DNA of 62,894 bases, filler included. It is 9 parts of 9 records of this genome, joined end to end, with 100 filler letters (N's around TTAATTAATTAA, not from the genome) between each part and the next. Parts side by side here need not be neighbours in the genome. Positions count along the whole stretch, not along the records: positions 1 to 17,901 come from SRR20825010_5668; positions 18,002 to 21,687 come from SRR20825010_5673; positions 21,788 to 27,683 come from SRR20825010_5677; 6 more parts are not named here. One strand, given 5' to 3'. The translations under genes were made by a program, and so were the position numbers. The notes below the pieces were generated by a model that was not told the DNA's origin, searched no databases, and saw only the letters and a list, made by a program, of their open reading frames with translations. Positions 12,887 to 22,909 of the stretch are shown here, one piece after another. Within the stretch, counting starts at the first letter, position 1; each line of letters starts with the position of its first letter.

Positions 12887-14161
12887 CTAGAAAATCGAGC
12901 AACCGCTACCACCGAATTTCTTTTTCACCTGGGCCATACAGCCACGCATCAGCAAACCGAACGGGTCGCCCGGCATCGTTTCGCAGACTTTCTTGGCCGC
13001 ATACGCCTTGGAACATTCCGTGGCTGTGACTTCCAGGGCATTGCCTGCCACCGGTTGTGCACCGGCCTGCCCGCCCGGCGCGGCGGCCGTCATCAAGCCC
13101 GCCGGTACTCCCCCCGGTGTCGTCTTCGGCTCACTGGTCTCAATCATCGCAGCCACCACATCGGCAGGTAACCCCTCTTTGGTCAGCCAGCTGGATTCTT
13201 CAGGCGTAAACAGGGCATAGGGCTGGCCCGAAGCCTTGATACTGGCTGCCATAGCCGGTGCCGAACGCTTGCGATAGGTCTGCTTGAGTACATCCATCAC
13301 CCGTAAATCCGCAGGACCAACAAACAACAGCCTCTCATTGCCATGAATGTTATCGGCAAACTCCGGGTGCTTATCGACAATAGCGGCGTAGGCCTTGAGG
13401 CGTTCGTTGCGTTTCTGCCCCGCCAGCACCTCAGCCAGACGGTCAGAGACCAGAGGTCGGTAGAATTTCAGTTGTGGGTTATCCAGCGCCGCGGCCAGCT
13501 TGTCCGTATCCTTTGATTTCTTAAGTGAATCGTAAAGGGGCTCTTCCATGGTAATGCTGCGAGTCAGCTTTTCCTCGTGGGAAAAAAAGGAGGCGTACCA
13601 GGCTGCATCTGTAATCATCTGCGTACCACGCAACTTGCCGAAGGGGATCCAGCTCATATAAACAGTGCCGCGATAGTGCGCATTCGCGCTGTAGACCAAC
13701 TCGCCTTCTGAACGCATTTCAATCGTCGTATCGAAATGCTGCGGCGCCACCATCGGCACGATACAAAGGCTGAAGACACAGCCAAACGTTGTCACCAGCA
13801 CGGTAGCAACCGTTCCTACTCCCGCCTTCGGCCTGAGCCGGGTCACTGAGATATCCAGTGGCGGCATCTGACCATCATGTAGCCAGTAATCCGCTGCCAC
13901 ATCCAGTTCATCATTGGCGCTGCTTTTAGGCTGCTCGTTTAATGATTTCTGGAGCCTTTCACTGGCCCATGAATATGCGTTATAGGTGGCTTTGCCTTTG
14001 CTATACGGAATAATCGGGTTATCCGGATTGGTATTGAAAAGATCAATCGTATCCTGCGTCAGCGGTGTGCCCTGCTCGGTGTAGTAATTGGCCGACATGC
14101 AACCACTTAGCAAGCACGCCCCCATGGTTATGGCTGTCAGGCTTTTTAGTCCCCGTCTCAT
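12887..14161 (-). CDS. Hypothetical lipoprotein with C-terminal 4-Cys domain
   Basis: Long ORF, RBS-like GGAAAGGA before ATG 14161, lipobox LLSGC; no family recognised. Confidence 0.75.
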   Translation of the reverse strand: MRRGLKSLTAITMGACLLSGCMSANYYTEQGTPLTQDTIDLFNTNPDNPIIPYSKGKATYNAYSWASERLQKSLNEQPKSSANDELDVAADYWLHDGQMPPLDISVTRLRPKAGVGTVATVLVTTFGCVFSLCIVPMVAPQHFDTTIEMRSEGELVYSANAHYRGTVYMSWIPFGKLRGTQMITDAAWYASFFSHEEKLTRSITMEEPLYDSLKKSKDTDKLAAALDNPQLKFYRPLVSDRLAEVLAGQKRNERLKAYAAIVDKHPEFADNIHGNERLLFVGPADLRVMDVLKQTYRKRSAPAMAASIKASGQPYALFTPEESSWLTKEGLPADVVAAMIETSEPKTTPGGVPAGLMTAAAPGGQAGAQPVAGNALEVTATECSKAYAAKKVCETMPGDPFGLLMRGCMAQVKKKFGGSGCSIF

Positions 14162-14372
14162 ATCCTTTCCCAATATCGATCGTAATGTGTACGCCGCTCC
14201 CCCAACGAAAGCGGTGCTGCCCCAAGTCACAGAAAAATAACAACGCTGTCACAAAACCGCATACCCCATTTGGGGGATACGTGAGGATTGGTCATTTAGC
14301 CGGAAGCGAATTCACCGCTATACTGGCCGCCGCGCATCCTATCCAACAGGGCTCTTCACAACAGGATTCTCC

Positions 14373-15995
14373 ATGGCTACCTACCGACACGATGTACTCA
14401 TTATCGGCTCCGGCGCTGCAGGCCTTACTGCCGCATTGCGCCTGCCGGATGAGTGTCAGGTTGCCCTGCTCTCCAAAGGAGAGCTCACCAGTGCCAGCAC
14501 CTACTACGCCCAGGGTGGCGTAGCAGCGGTGCTGGATCAGGAAGACTCACTGGAAAGCCACGTGGCCGATACCCATGTGGCCGGCGCCGGGCTGTGCCAC
14601 GATGATGCCGTGCGTTTTACCGTGGAAAACGGCCCGGACGCCATCCGCTGGCTGATTGATCTGGGCGTGGACTTCACCCGTTTTGACAGCGGCGATGGCA
14701 GCAAACTGCCCTACCACCTGACCCGCGAAGGCGGCCACAGCCACCGGCGCATCATTCATGCCGCTGACGCCACCGGCAAAGCCATTTCCGGCACCCTTAT
14801 CGAACAGGTCTGCCGCAAGAACAACGTGACCCGTTTTGAACACCGGGTGGCCGTGGACCTGATCGTGCAGGAACACGACAGCCTCAATGGGGAACAAGGC
14901 AAGGAAAAACGCTGTTGCGGCGCCTACGTACACAATATTCAAACCGGGGAAACCGACGTTATCCTGGCTCGCTCCGTGGTACTGGCCACCGGCGGCGCCT
15001 CCAAGGTGTACCTGTATACCTCCAACCCGGATGTGGCCACCGGCGATGGCATCGCCATGGCCTGGCGAGCCGGTTGCCGGGTGGCCAACATGGAATTCAT
15101 GCAGTTCCACCCCACTTGCCTCTACCACCCCAAGGCGAAAAGCTTCCTGATCACCGAAGCCATTCGCGGCGAAGGCGGGCACCTGCTGCTACCCAATGGC
15201 GAACGCTTCATGAACCGCTTTGATGAACGCGGCGAACTGGCCCCCCGAGATGTGGTAGCACGCGCCATTGACCATGAAATGAAGCGGCTGGGGGCAGATT
15301 GTTTGTACCTGGACATCAGCCACAAGCCAGCAGACTTCATCATCGAGCACTTCCCCACCGTGTACGCCAAGTGCCTGCAGCTGGGGCTGGATATCACCCG
15401 CGATCCGATCCCCGTGGTGCCTGCCGCCCACTACACCTGTGGCGGCGTAATGATCAACGAACACGGACAAACCGATGTGCCCGGCCTCTACGCCATCGGC
15501 GAAACCAGCTTCACCGGCCTGCACGGCGCCAACCGCATGGCCAGTAACTCCCTGCTGGAGTGCTTCGTCTATGGCAAAGCCGCCGCCGACCATATCGGCG
15601 CACACCTGCATAACCTTCCCACGCCCCGGGACGACAATGAATGGGATGATTCCCAGGTCACCGACTCCGACGAAGACGTGGTGATCAGCCACAACTGGGA
15701 CGAGCTGCGCCGCTTCATGTGGGATTACGTGGGCATTGTGAGAACAGAAAAACGCCTGGAGCGAGCCTTGCACCGGGCCGAACTGCTGAAGAGCGAAATC
15801 GCCGAGTATTACAGCAACTACCACATCAGCAACGACCTGCTAGAGCTACGTAACCTGGTCGTCATCGCCGAACTGATCATCCGCTCCGCCATGCAACGCA
15901 AGGAAAGCCGCGGCCTGCATTTCATGCGTGATTTTCCCGGTGTGAATGAAGAAACCAGGGACACGATCCTGACACCGGACACAATGAATAGTTAA
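14373..15995 (+). CDS. nadB: L-aspartate oxidase
   Basis: [44 protein letters not shown]. Confidence 0.97.
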   Translation: MATYRHDVLIIGSGAAGLTAALRLPDECQVALLSKGELTSASTYYAQGGVAAVLDQEDSLESHVADTHVAGAGLCHDDAVRFTVENGPDAIRWLIDLGVDFTRFDSGDGSKLPYHLTREGGHSHRRIIHAADATGKAISGTLIEQVCRKNNVTRFEHRVAVDLIVQEHDSLNGEQGKEKRCCGAYVHNIQTGETDVILARSVVLATGGASKVYLYTSNPDVATGDGIAMAWRAGCRVANMEFMQFHPTCLYHPKAKSFLITEAIRGEGGHLLLPNGERFMNRFDERGELAPRDVVARAIDHEMKRLGADCLYLDISHKPADFIIEHFPTVYAKCLQLGLDITRDPIPVVPAAHYTCGGVMINEHGQTDVPGLYAIGETSFTGLHGANRMASNSLLECFVYGKAAADHIGAHLHNLPTPRDDNEWDDSQVTDSDEDVVISHNWDELRRFMWDYVGIVRTEKRLERALHRAELLKSEIAEYYSNYHISNDLLELRNLVVIAELIIRSAMQRKESRGLHFMRDFPGVNEETRDTILTPDTMNS

Positions 15996-16138
15996 TAGTT
16001 AAAAACGTCGCGAACTGCCCCTTTCTGTTCTGAAAGGCAAGAGACCGCTCCCAGGAGCTGGGCGCGGTCTCTATGCGTTGAAATCTACATACGCTGCTCG
16101 CGCAACTATTAATTAGTCATTATTAACTATTAATTGCT
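15983..16138. repeat. Intergenic element with inverted arms of tandem 7-mers
   Basis: AATGAAT AGTTAAT AGTTAAA (15983-16003) and AACTATT AATTAGT CATTATT AACTATT AATTGCT (16104-16138). Confidence 0.7.
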
Positions 16139-16534
16139 CTTCCTGTTGGTCCACAGCCACTGATAAAACGGCTGCAACTCTGCCACCGGCGCCTGATCCG
16201 CAAACACATGCAGCCAGCCCTTTGGCGTTTGCATGGCCAGCCAGGGGCCATGGCGAATGACCCTCAGGGGCTGCTCCATCACTTGGGTATGCTCCCCCAT
16301 TACCGTCAACGTCTGCGCGTGCAATTCCAGCGCCTCCGGCTGTGGCAGGCGCCAGCCCAACAGCATCACCGGCAATACACCAAACAACACCAGCATGGCC
16401 CAGCCAGGCAAGGACGACAGCATAATGGCCGGCCACACCACCAACATCGCCAGCCAGCGCAGGCGCGCCGGATAGCGGGAAGCGCCGAGCTTAACCTTTC
16501 TTCGTGGAGACCAGGCCGAGGACATGACGTACAT
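16130..16534 (-). CDS. Small membrane protein, YgfX-like by position (start uncertain)
   Basis: Two hydrophobic helices; directly downstream of sdhE as in the ygfZ-ygfY-ygfX arrangement. Confidence 0.6.
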   Translation of the reverse strand: MYVMSSAWSPRRKVKLGASRYPARLRWLAMLVVWPAIMLSSLPGWAMLVLFGVLPVMLLGWRLPQPEALELHAQTLTVMGEHTQVMEQPLRVIRHGPWLAMQTPKGWLHVFADQAPVAELQPFYQWLWTNRKSN

Positions 16535-16793
16535 ACTCGTTTAACAACGGGTCCGCAGGCTCACTGCGATAGGTAAACCACTCGAACATGTCGGCGTCTT
16601 CACAGGCAAGCAAGGTGGCGAACTGGGCCTGGCGCTCGGCCGGCTCCGCGTCAAAATGGTCATCCAGATAGCCGTACAGCACTACCTCCACTTCGGAGGC
16701 GCCCCGGCGACACTGCCAGCGATATTTGCGTTTCAGGTCTTCATTACTCATTTCTGCACTATCCTGATCAGAAACTCCGGCGTCTTGCGCCAA
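16491..16793 (-). CDS. sdhE: FAD assembly factor SdhE (YgfY)
   Basis: RWQCRRGASEVE and LLACEDADMFEWF motifs. Confidence 0.9.
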   Translation of the reverse strand: MAQDAGVSDQDSAEMSNEDLKRKYRWQCRRGASEVEVVLYGYLDDHFDAEPAERQAQFATLLACEDADMFEWFTYRSEPADPLLNEYVRHVLGLVSTKKG

Positions 16794-16903
16794 TTACCAG
16801 CCATGGCTTTCAGGCTGTGCGCGCATTATCTATCATGCCTGATGATTTCTCGACTCTTCGGCGTCACACGCCAAGACACACATGCCCAAACGACAGGAGC
16901 ACC

Positions 16904-17851
16904 ATGAGCTGGTCCCAGTTTATCGCCGCCCAACCCCTCGCAGACCATGCCGAGGCAAGCACCGCACCGGCATTAAGCCATTGCGATCACCTGGCCGTCA
17001 TCCGCGCTCACGGCGAGGAAGCGGGCCATTACCTGCAAGGGCAGCTTTCCTGTGATCTCCATGAAGTGGACAACGGAGGCCACCTCACCGGCATGCACCT
17101 GAGTCTGAAAGGCCGTGGGCTGGTGAGCGTACGCATCGTGCGAGACGGTGATGACTATCTGATGCTCTGCCCCACCGGGCAAAGCGAGGCGGTGATCAAG
17201 TCACTGATGAAGTACCGTCTGCGCGCCAAGGTGGAATTTCAGGTCGACGAGCAAGCGGTGCTAATGGGACTGAGCGGCGCCTTGCCTGCCACCTCACCCG
17301 AACCCGGCCAGAGCGGACGTAACGGACAGGGCCTCTGGTTGCGCTACCCCAATACGGATCACGCCCTGCTGATCACTGACACCGAACAGGCCGAATCCGT
17401 CTGGACCGTGCTTGCCCTGGATCGTGCCGCCACCAATGCCAACGGCTGGCGTCAAGCCGACATCGACGCGGGCGAAGGCATGGTCTATCCCGGCGCAGAA
17501 GACCTGTTTCTGCCCCAGGTGCTTAATTACGACGTCACCGCCGGAGTGAATTTCAAAAAAGGCTGCTACACCGGCCAGGAAGTCGTCGCGCGCATGCACT
17601 TCAAGGGCAAACTCAAGCAGCGCATGCAGCGCATTGACTACGCCGCCGAGGTGGACCTGGCACCCGGCGAGACTCTTCGCAACAGCGACGGCAAGGCTGC
17701 CGGTGAAGTAGTCAGCAGCGCCCGCAATCATGCCGGGCACAGCGCACTGGTGGTACTGCGCCGCGACACCGACGGCGTACTGTTCAAGGACGAGCAACCG
17801 CTAAACAGCCAGCTTGGCGCCCTGCCCTATACATTGCCCTGGAAGGATTGA
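16904..17851 (+). CDS. ygfZ: Folate-binding protein YgfZ
   Basis: KGCYTGQEVVAR signature; RBS AGGAG before ATG 16904. Confidence 0.95.
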   Translation: MSWSQFIAAQPLADHAEASTAPALSHCDHLAVIRAHGEEAGHYLQGQLSCDLHEVDNGGHLTGMHLSLKGRGLVSVRIVRDGDDYLMLCPTGQSEAVIKSLMKYRLRAKVEFQVDEQAVLMGLSGALPATSPEPGQSGRNGQGLWLRYPNTDHALLITDTEQAESVWTVLALDRAATNANGWRQADIDAGEGMVYPGAEDLFLPQVLNYDVTAGVNFKKGCYTGQEVVARMHFKGKLKQRMQRIDYAAEVDLAPGETLRNSDGKAAGEVVSSARNHAGHSALVVLRRDTDGVLFKDEQPLNSQLGALPYTLPWKD

Positions 17852-17901
17852 GCCCCACGGAGTCCGCGCCCGTAGGTCGAATTCACCCAAGGGCACAGAG
17901 A

Positions 17902-18001
17902 NNNNNNNNNNNNNNNNNNNNNNNNNNNNNNNNNNNNNNNNNNNNTTAATTAATTAANNNNNNNNNNNNNNNNNNNNNNNNNNNNNNNNNNNNNNNNNNN
18001 N
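17902..18001. other. Artificial contig spacer (also at 21688, 27684, 35109, 43992, 48070, 51870, 56718)
   Basis: N44-TTAATTAATTAA-N44, identical at each junction, with stops in all frames; composition changes across each. Confidence 0.99.
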
Positions 18002-18357
18002 AACTACTATAGGTTGTACATGTAATCGGAATACGTTATCGTTTGGTCAATCTGGTGGTTGGAGGGCGTCGAGAATTCTGGGGGACAGTGTGTTTCAGCG
18101 GACAGGTGTTTAGCGCTGCGGAGATCTTGGTCCGAGGATCATTAGGAGCCCGGACGAAATGAATTGGCGACATGTTGGCAGGTGTCTCTCTGCCAGCGCC
18201 AAGACGGATCCCGCGGGGCCGCGGAACTGCATTGCGCGAATGAAACGCGTGATGCGGACGGACGGATTTTGCCGTCTTTCAACAGTGTTGCGTGCCGCAT
18301 TCGCGGCGGCGTCCTTCGGGTCAGATTTCCACTCTTATCAAGCGAGGCGTAGAGCAT

Positions 18358-19266
18358 ATGGGCATGCACAAACAGGATGGACTTTCATTCGCAACCTTAC
18401 GAGCCGCGGAAGCGGTCATCGACACACGCAGCCTGACCGGCGCAGCGCAGAAGCTGGGCATCAGCCAGCCAGCGGTCAGCATGCATCTGGGGCGTTTGGA
18501 GCGGGCAATCGGAACACCCCTCATCAAGAAGCTCGGCAACCGCATTGTCGTGAAAGAAGAAATATCGGGCCTCATTCGGCAGATGCTCGATCTCGAGCGC
18601 CGGCTTCGCACGGTCGGGTACGAGAAGAATGTTTCCAAACTAAAGGTGGGGATCTGTACCTATACAGCCCCACTGCTCCTGGGCGGTCTCGGGCGACTGG
18701 GCAAGATCAAGGAAACCGTGAGCTGGCGTATTTCCGATTCCAGGCGTCTGGAGGAGATGTACGATCTGGGGCAGGTGGATGCCGCATTCCGCGCGCTCTA
18801 CCCAAATGAACTGGGCCCCGACCTGGTCTGCGACTACTCCATGCGTTGGATGGGCGCGCGTGAACTGAGCGAGCAGATCAAGCGCAACTCCACCGCGATA
18901 CCCGTGGTACTTTCAAATCCACAGTCTCCTCTGGGAATTATGGCGCGTGACTGGCTTCGCCAGCGCAATGTACCCTACGAGGTGATTGGCGAGGTGGACG
19001 ATCTCACAAGTGCCATGAAGCTTGTGGTCGGCGGTGTTGCCGTGTCTCCGTTGCCGGGTTTTGTCTTCGAAGGAAACTCCTCATCGCTGGAGGATTGCGC
19101 AGAGATCATCCCTGGTGGCCTCGAAATCCGCTACGGCATGTTTTTCGACGACAAGCGTTTCAATCTGCGGCTTGCGATGGATATTTTCGAGCTTCTCCAG
19201 GGAGAGCTTCATCGTCTCACCCCGCCACCTTCTGCCTATCAGGGGCATAGCCTGGCCCGTCAATAA
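18358..19266 (+). CDS. LysR-family transcriptional regulator
   Basis: HTH SLTGAAQKLGISQPAVSMHLGRLE; about 300 aa. Confidence 0.88.
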   Translation: MGMHKQDGLSFATLRAAEAVIDTRSLTGAAQKLGISQPAVSMHLGRLERAIGTPLIKKLGNRIVVKEEISGLIRQMLDLERRLRTVGYEKNVSKLKVGICTYTAPLLLGGLGRLGKIKETVSWRISDSRRLEEMYDLGQVDAAFRALYPNELGPDLVCDYSMRWMGARELSEQIKRNSTAIPVVLSNPQSPLGIMARDWLRQRNVPYEVIGEVDDLTSAMKLVVGGVAVSPLPGFVFEGNSSSLEDCAEIIPGGLEIRYGMFFDDKRFNLRLAMDIFELLQGELHRLTPPPSAYQGHSLARQ

Positions 19267-19388
19267 ATTCCCACCCATGCCTAACGCCGCGCAGCCCCCT
19301 GCGCGGCGTGGTTATGCCTAGAAACTGTCGTCAAAATTTCACCCAGCCGCCGCTTTGCCGTCAGGTTCGGCGCGCAAGATTCCAAACC

Positions 19389-19646
19389 ATGAGCAGATCG
19401 ATTCACAACGCCCGACCGGACGCGCAAACCGATGCGCAAATTGAGGCTCTCCTGTCGCCGCAGGACGAGGTTTCCATTGTCGACTCACTCTTTGCGATGT
19501 CGAAGGCGCATACGGCAGCGGGATCGCGCGATGTGCTTGAGCGCGTTCTCGCAGCCCGCCTGGAGGCGCGACTTGCGCGTCGGATGCGCCAGACCATTGA
19601 GCAAACAACCGATCAATCAGGCAGAGCATCAAGGAGTGCGGCATGA
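19389..19646 (+). CDS. Hypothetical small protein
   Basis: 85-aa helical-looking ORF filling the gap between LysR and IclR. Confidence 0.35.
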   Translation: MSRSIHNARPDAQTDAQIEALLSPQDEVSIVDSLFAMSKAHTAAGSRDVLERVLAARLEARLARRMRQTIEQTTDQSGRASRSAA

Positions 19647-19714
19647 TACGCTACAACAGCCCCCGGCTCCCCCGGCTCCCCGGGGGCGATGTCTTAGCCC
19701 GCGATGACAACGCG

Positions 19715-20503
19715 CTACTGCAAAGCGAGAAAGTCTTCGATCTCACGCGCGCCCGCCCGCAGATCAGGCAGGATTGTCTGCTCCATCTCGACGCAGGTGA
19801 AGCGCGCCGACTGGGTGGAAACGTTGAGCGCAGCCGCAATGCGTCCCGACTTGTCGCGGACAGGCACCGCAATCGACCGCAGACCGAGTTCCAGTTCCTG
19901 GTCGACAATGGCATAGCCGCGCGCGCCGGCCATTCTCACGGCTTTGGCGAGTGCGGCCCGGTCCGTCAACGTTCTCTCGGTCTTGGCGCTGATCGACGCC
20001 TGCGCGAGAAAACGGGCGAGTTCGGGCGGGTCCAGGTCTGACAGGAGGATCCGGCCCATCGACGTGCAATACGCCGGCAGGCGCGTGCCAACGTTGAGAG
20101 CGACCGAAACGATGCGTCGCCCGGCCACCCGGGCGACGTAAACCACCTCCTCGCCTTCCAGGACCGCTGCTGAGCAGGATTCGCCAAGCGTTTCAGAAAT
20201 CCGCCGCATGATGGGTTCTGCATAGCGCCAGAGTGCCGCCCCGCCCATCCATGTTCGTGCCAGGCCAAGCAATCTTGCCGACAGCAGGAAACGGCGCTCT
20301 TCCTGTCGGGCATAGCCGCTGGCCACCAGCGTAAGCAGCAGGCGCCGGGCGCCCGCGCGCGTCAGCCCTGCCTCCTTCGCCACTTCCGTCAGCGTCATGC
20401 CATCGGGTGCGCCTGCGAGAATTTCCAGAACGCCGAGCCCCTTCTGCAGTGATCCGACAATATCTCGACCCTCGCCGGTGTTTGACACAGTCTCGTTCTC
20501 CAT
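19715..20503 (-). CDS. pcaR: IclR-family regulator, PcaR/PobR type
   Basis: GLTRAGARRLLLTL HTH, GTRLPAYCTSMGR, DQELELGLRSIAVP; divergent from CoA-transferase. Confidence 0.85.
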   Translation of the reverse strand: MENETVSNTGEGRDIVGSLQKGLGVLEILAGAPDGMTLTEVAKEAGLTRAGARRLLLTLVASGYARQEERRFLLSARLLGLARTWMGGAALWRYAEPIMRRISETLGESCSAAVLEGEEVVYVARVAGRRIVSVALNVGTRLPAYCTSMGRILLSDLDPPELARFLAQASISAKTERTLTDRAALAKAVRMAGARGYAIVDQELELGLRSIAVPVRDKSGRIAAALNVSTQSARFTCVEMEQTILPDLRAGAREIEDFLALQ

Positions 20504-20510
20504 CTAATAA

Positions 20511-20545
20511 GTATCGCATATAAAACTTATGTTCGCAATACGAAC
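20511..20545. promoter_or_regulatory. Putative PcaR/PobR-type operator
   Basis: Palindrome GTTCG-CAATA-CGAAC (20531-20545) plus degenerate copy at 20511-20526 in the short divergent intergenic region. Confidence 0.6.
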
Positions 20546-20559
20546 TTTTGAGGAATGCC

Positions 20560-21414
20560 ATGGCGCGTTTTGTTCCGCTGTCGCAGGCGGTCGCGGAGAA
20601 TCTCGGCAATGGCGACAGTGTCGCTTTCGAGGGGTTCACGCATCTCATCCCCACCGCTGCTGCCCATGAGGCGATCCGCCAGGGTTTGAGAGATCTCACT
20701 CTGATCCGGATGACCCCCGATGTGGTCTATGACCAGATGATCGGCATGGGTCTCGCCCGAAAGCTGGTATTCTCTTACGCGGGCAATCCAGGCGTGGGGC
20801 TCCTGCGCCGGTTGCGTGATACCGTGGAGAACGGGTTTCCCCACGCAATCGAGATTGTGGAACACTCCCATGCAGCCATGGCCAATGCCTATGAGGCGGG
20901 TGCGGCGGGACTTCCCTGCGCCATCTTCCGTGGCTACCGCGGTGCGGAGCTTGCCCGTGTGAACCCGAACATCAAGTTCATCGAGTGCCCCTTCACCGGC
21001 GAGAGCCTGGCCACCGTGCCGGCGCTCCGGCCCGATGTCACCTTCATCCACGCCCAGAAAGCGGACCGAAAGGGCAATGTTCTAATCGAGGGCATCGTCG
21101 GCATTCAGAAAGAGGCGGTGCTTGCAGCGAAACGCGCTGTCGTGACCGTGGAAGAGGTCGTAGACGATTTCTCCGACCTGCACCCCAATCTCACCATCCT
21201 GCCGCACTGGACGGTAACCGACATTGCCGTGGTGCCGGGTGGGGCGCACCCCTCCTACACGCATGGCTACTACGCACGCGACAACGCCGAATATCTGAAA
21301 TGGGACAAGATCGCCGCCGACCGTGACCTGTTTCGCGACTGGATGCAGAAGAATGTGCTTGATGCGACGCCTGAGGATTTTGCCGCCCGTGTCGAGAAGC
21401 TGAGGGACGCATGA
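20560..21414 (+). CDS. 3-oxoadipate/glutaconate-type CoA-transferase subunit A
   Basis: FEGFTHLIP, RMTPD, GNPGVG, HAQKADRKGNV. Confidence 0.9.
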   Translation: MARFVPLSQAVAENLGNGDSVAFEGFTHLIPTAAAHEAIRQGLRDLTLIRMTPDVVYDQMIGMGLARKLVFSYAGNPGVGLLRRLRDTVENGFPHAIEIVEHSHAAMANAYEAGAAGLPCAIFRGYRGAELARVNPNIKFIECPFTGESLATVPALRPDVTFIHAQKADRKGNVLIEGIVGIQKEAVLAAKRAVVTVEEVVDDFSDLHPNLTILPHWTVTDIAVVPGGAHPSYTHGYYARDNAEYLKWDKIAADRDLFRDWMQKNVLDATPEDFAARVEKLRDA

Positions 21415-21687
21415 TGAGCAAGCCCGAATTCACCCCCAATGAAATGATGACGATTGCCGCCTCGCGCGCGCTGAAGAATGACGATGTGTGCTTCGTCGGC
21501 ATCGGTGCGCCGTCTGCTGCCTGCAACATTGCGCGCCTGACCCATGCACCCGACATCACGCTGATCTATGAATCCGGCACCATCGGCACGGCGCCGGACG
21601 TTCTGCCGCTCTCGATTGGCGATGGCGAGCTGTGCGACACCGCGCTGACCACGGTACCGGTGCCGGAGATGTTCCGCTACTGGCTGC
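21411..21687 (+). CDS. CoA-transferase subunit B (3'-truncated)
   Basis: CFVGIGAP, LIYESGTIG, LPLSIGDGEL. Confidence 0.9.
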
Positions 21688-21787
21688 NNNNNNNNNNNNN
21701 NNNNNNNNNNNNNNNNNNNNNNNNNNNNNNNTTAATTAATTAANNNNNNNNNNNNNNNNNNNNNNNNNNNNNNNNNNNNNNNNNNNN

Positions 21788-22714
21788 CGGCGCGCTCAGG
21801 CCCGACAGCAACGGGCGGTCGGGGTTGTCCCGCAGCTTGATCTCGGCCTCGTAGTAATACGTCCCGTCGGTCCACCGCCGACGCTCGAGCCCCACCCGCT
21901 CGACCAGACCGAAGAACGGCTCGTCCCGGTAGGCGTTAACGTACACCGTCGCCTCCTGCGCCGCTCGCACCTGGGCGATGTTGGACTCGTCCACCCGGGC
22001 CATCAGCAGCATGTCGGAGAGGTCCGCGATCTCAAGGATGATCGACCCGGCGTTGTTGAGCGTGCCGACCACGACCAGCTCGCCGACCTCGGCGTTCAGC
22101 GTCGTGATCACGCCGTTGATCGGGCTCGAGATCACGGCGTTGGCCAGGTTGCGTTCGGCCTCGATGATCTGCGCGCGCGCGATCTCGACATCCGCCGTCG
22201 CCATCTCCACCGTCGCGACCGCCTGGTTGTACCGATTCTCAGATTGCTCGTAGGCGACATCGGAGATGTCGCCGGTGTCGTGCAGCTCGCGTTTGCGGCC
22301 AAAGTCGCTGAGGGCGACCGCCAGGTCCGCCTCCGAGCCGCGGAAGCGGGCTTCCTGGGCCTTCAGCCTCGCCTTGGCCGCCTCGAGCCTCGCGGTCAGG
22401 TCCTCAGAGTCCAGCCGCACGACGACGTCGCCTGCGCGCACGACATCGCCTTCTTCGAACGGCAACGCCACGATCCGGGCCGAGACCTGGGCGCTGATCT
22501 CCACCTTCGTGCGGGGCTCGACCAGCCCCGGGGCGCTGACGCTCCGGGTCACGTCGCTCCGCCCGACCGCCTCAAGCCGCACCGTCGCGGCCTCTTCCTG
22601 CCGCTCGAACTTGGCCTTGAGCGTCTCGCCGAGCGAGGTCTGCGTCAGGGCGATCCCCGCACCGACGACGCCGACCACCACCACCGCTCCGCCGATCAAC
22701 AGCACCTTGGCCAC
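21788..22714 (-). CDS. Efflux RND/ABC periplasmic adaptor subunit (3'-truncated)
   Basis: N-terminal TM, lipoyl motifs ISAQVSARIVAL and ISSPINGVI, coiled-coil hairpin. Confidence 0.88.
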
Positions 22715-22909
22715 GTCGAACCCCTTCCATCACCGCTCCGGGGCCCGATCCAGGCCTGGCAACCACCGTTGTTCCGAGAGTCGGATCGGCGCGTTTCACT
22801 CGAACGCCCTTTTTGGGCCACAAACCGGAGGACGATAGCGCTTCCCCGGGGCTTGCCCGGTGCCCCGGGCCCGCTCGCCGGCATCGATCACCAGAGGTTT
22901 CGCCGGGAA

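Noticed and set aside
17902-18001. Recurrent TTAATTAATTAA palindrome
   Set aside because: Artificial linker within N-runs. Adjacency across these junctions has no biological meaning.
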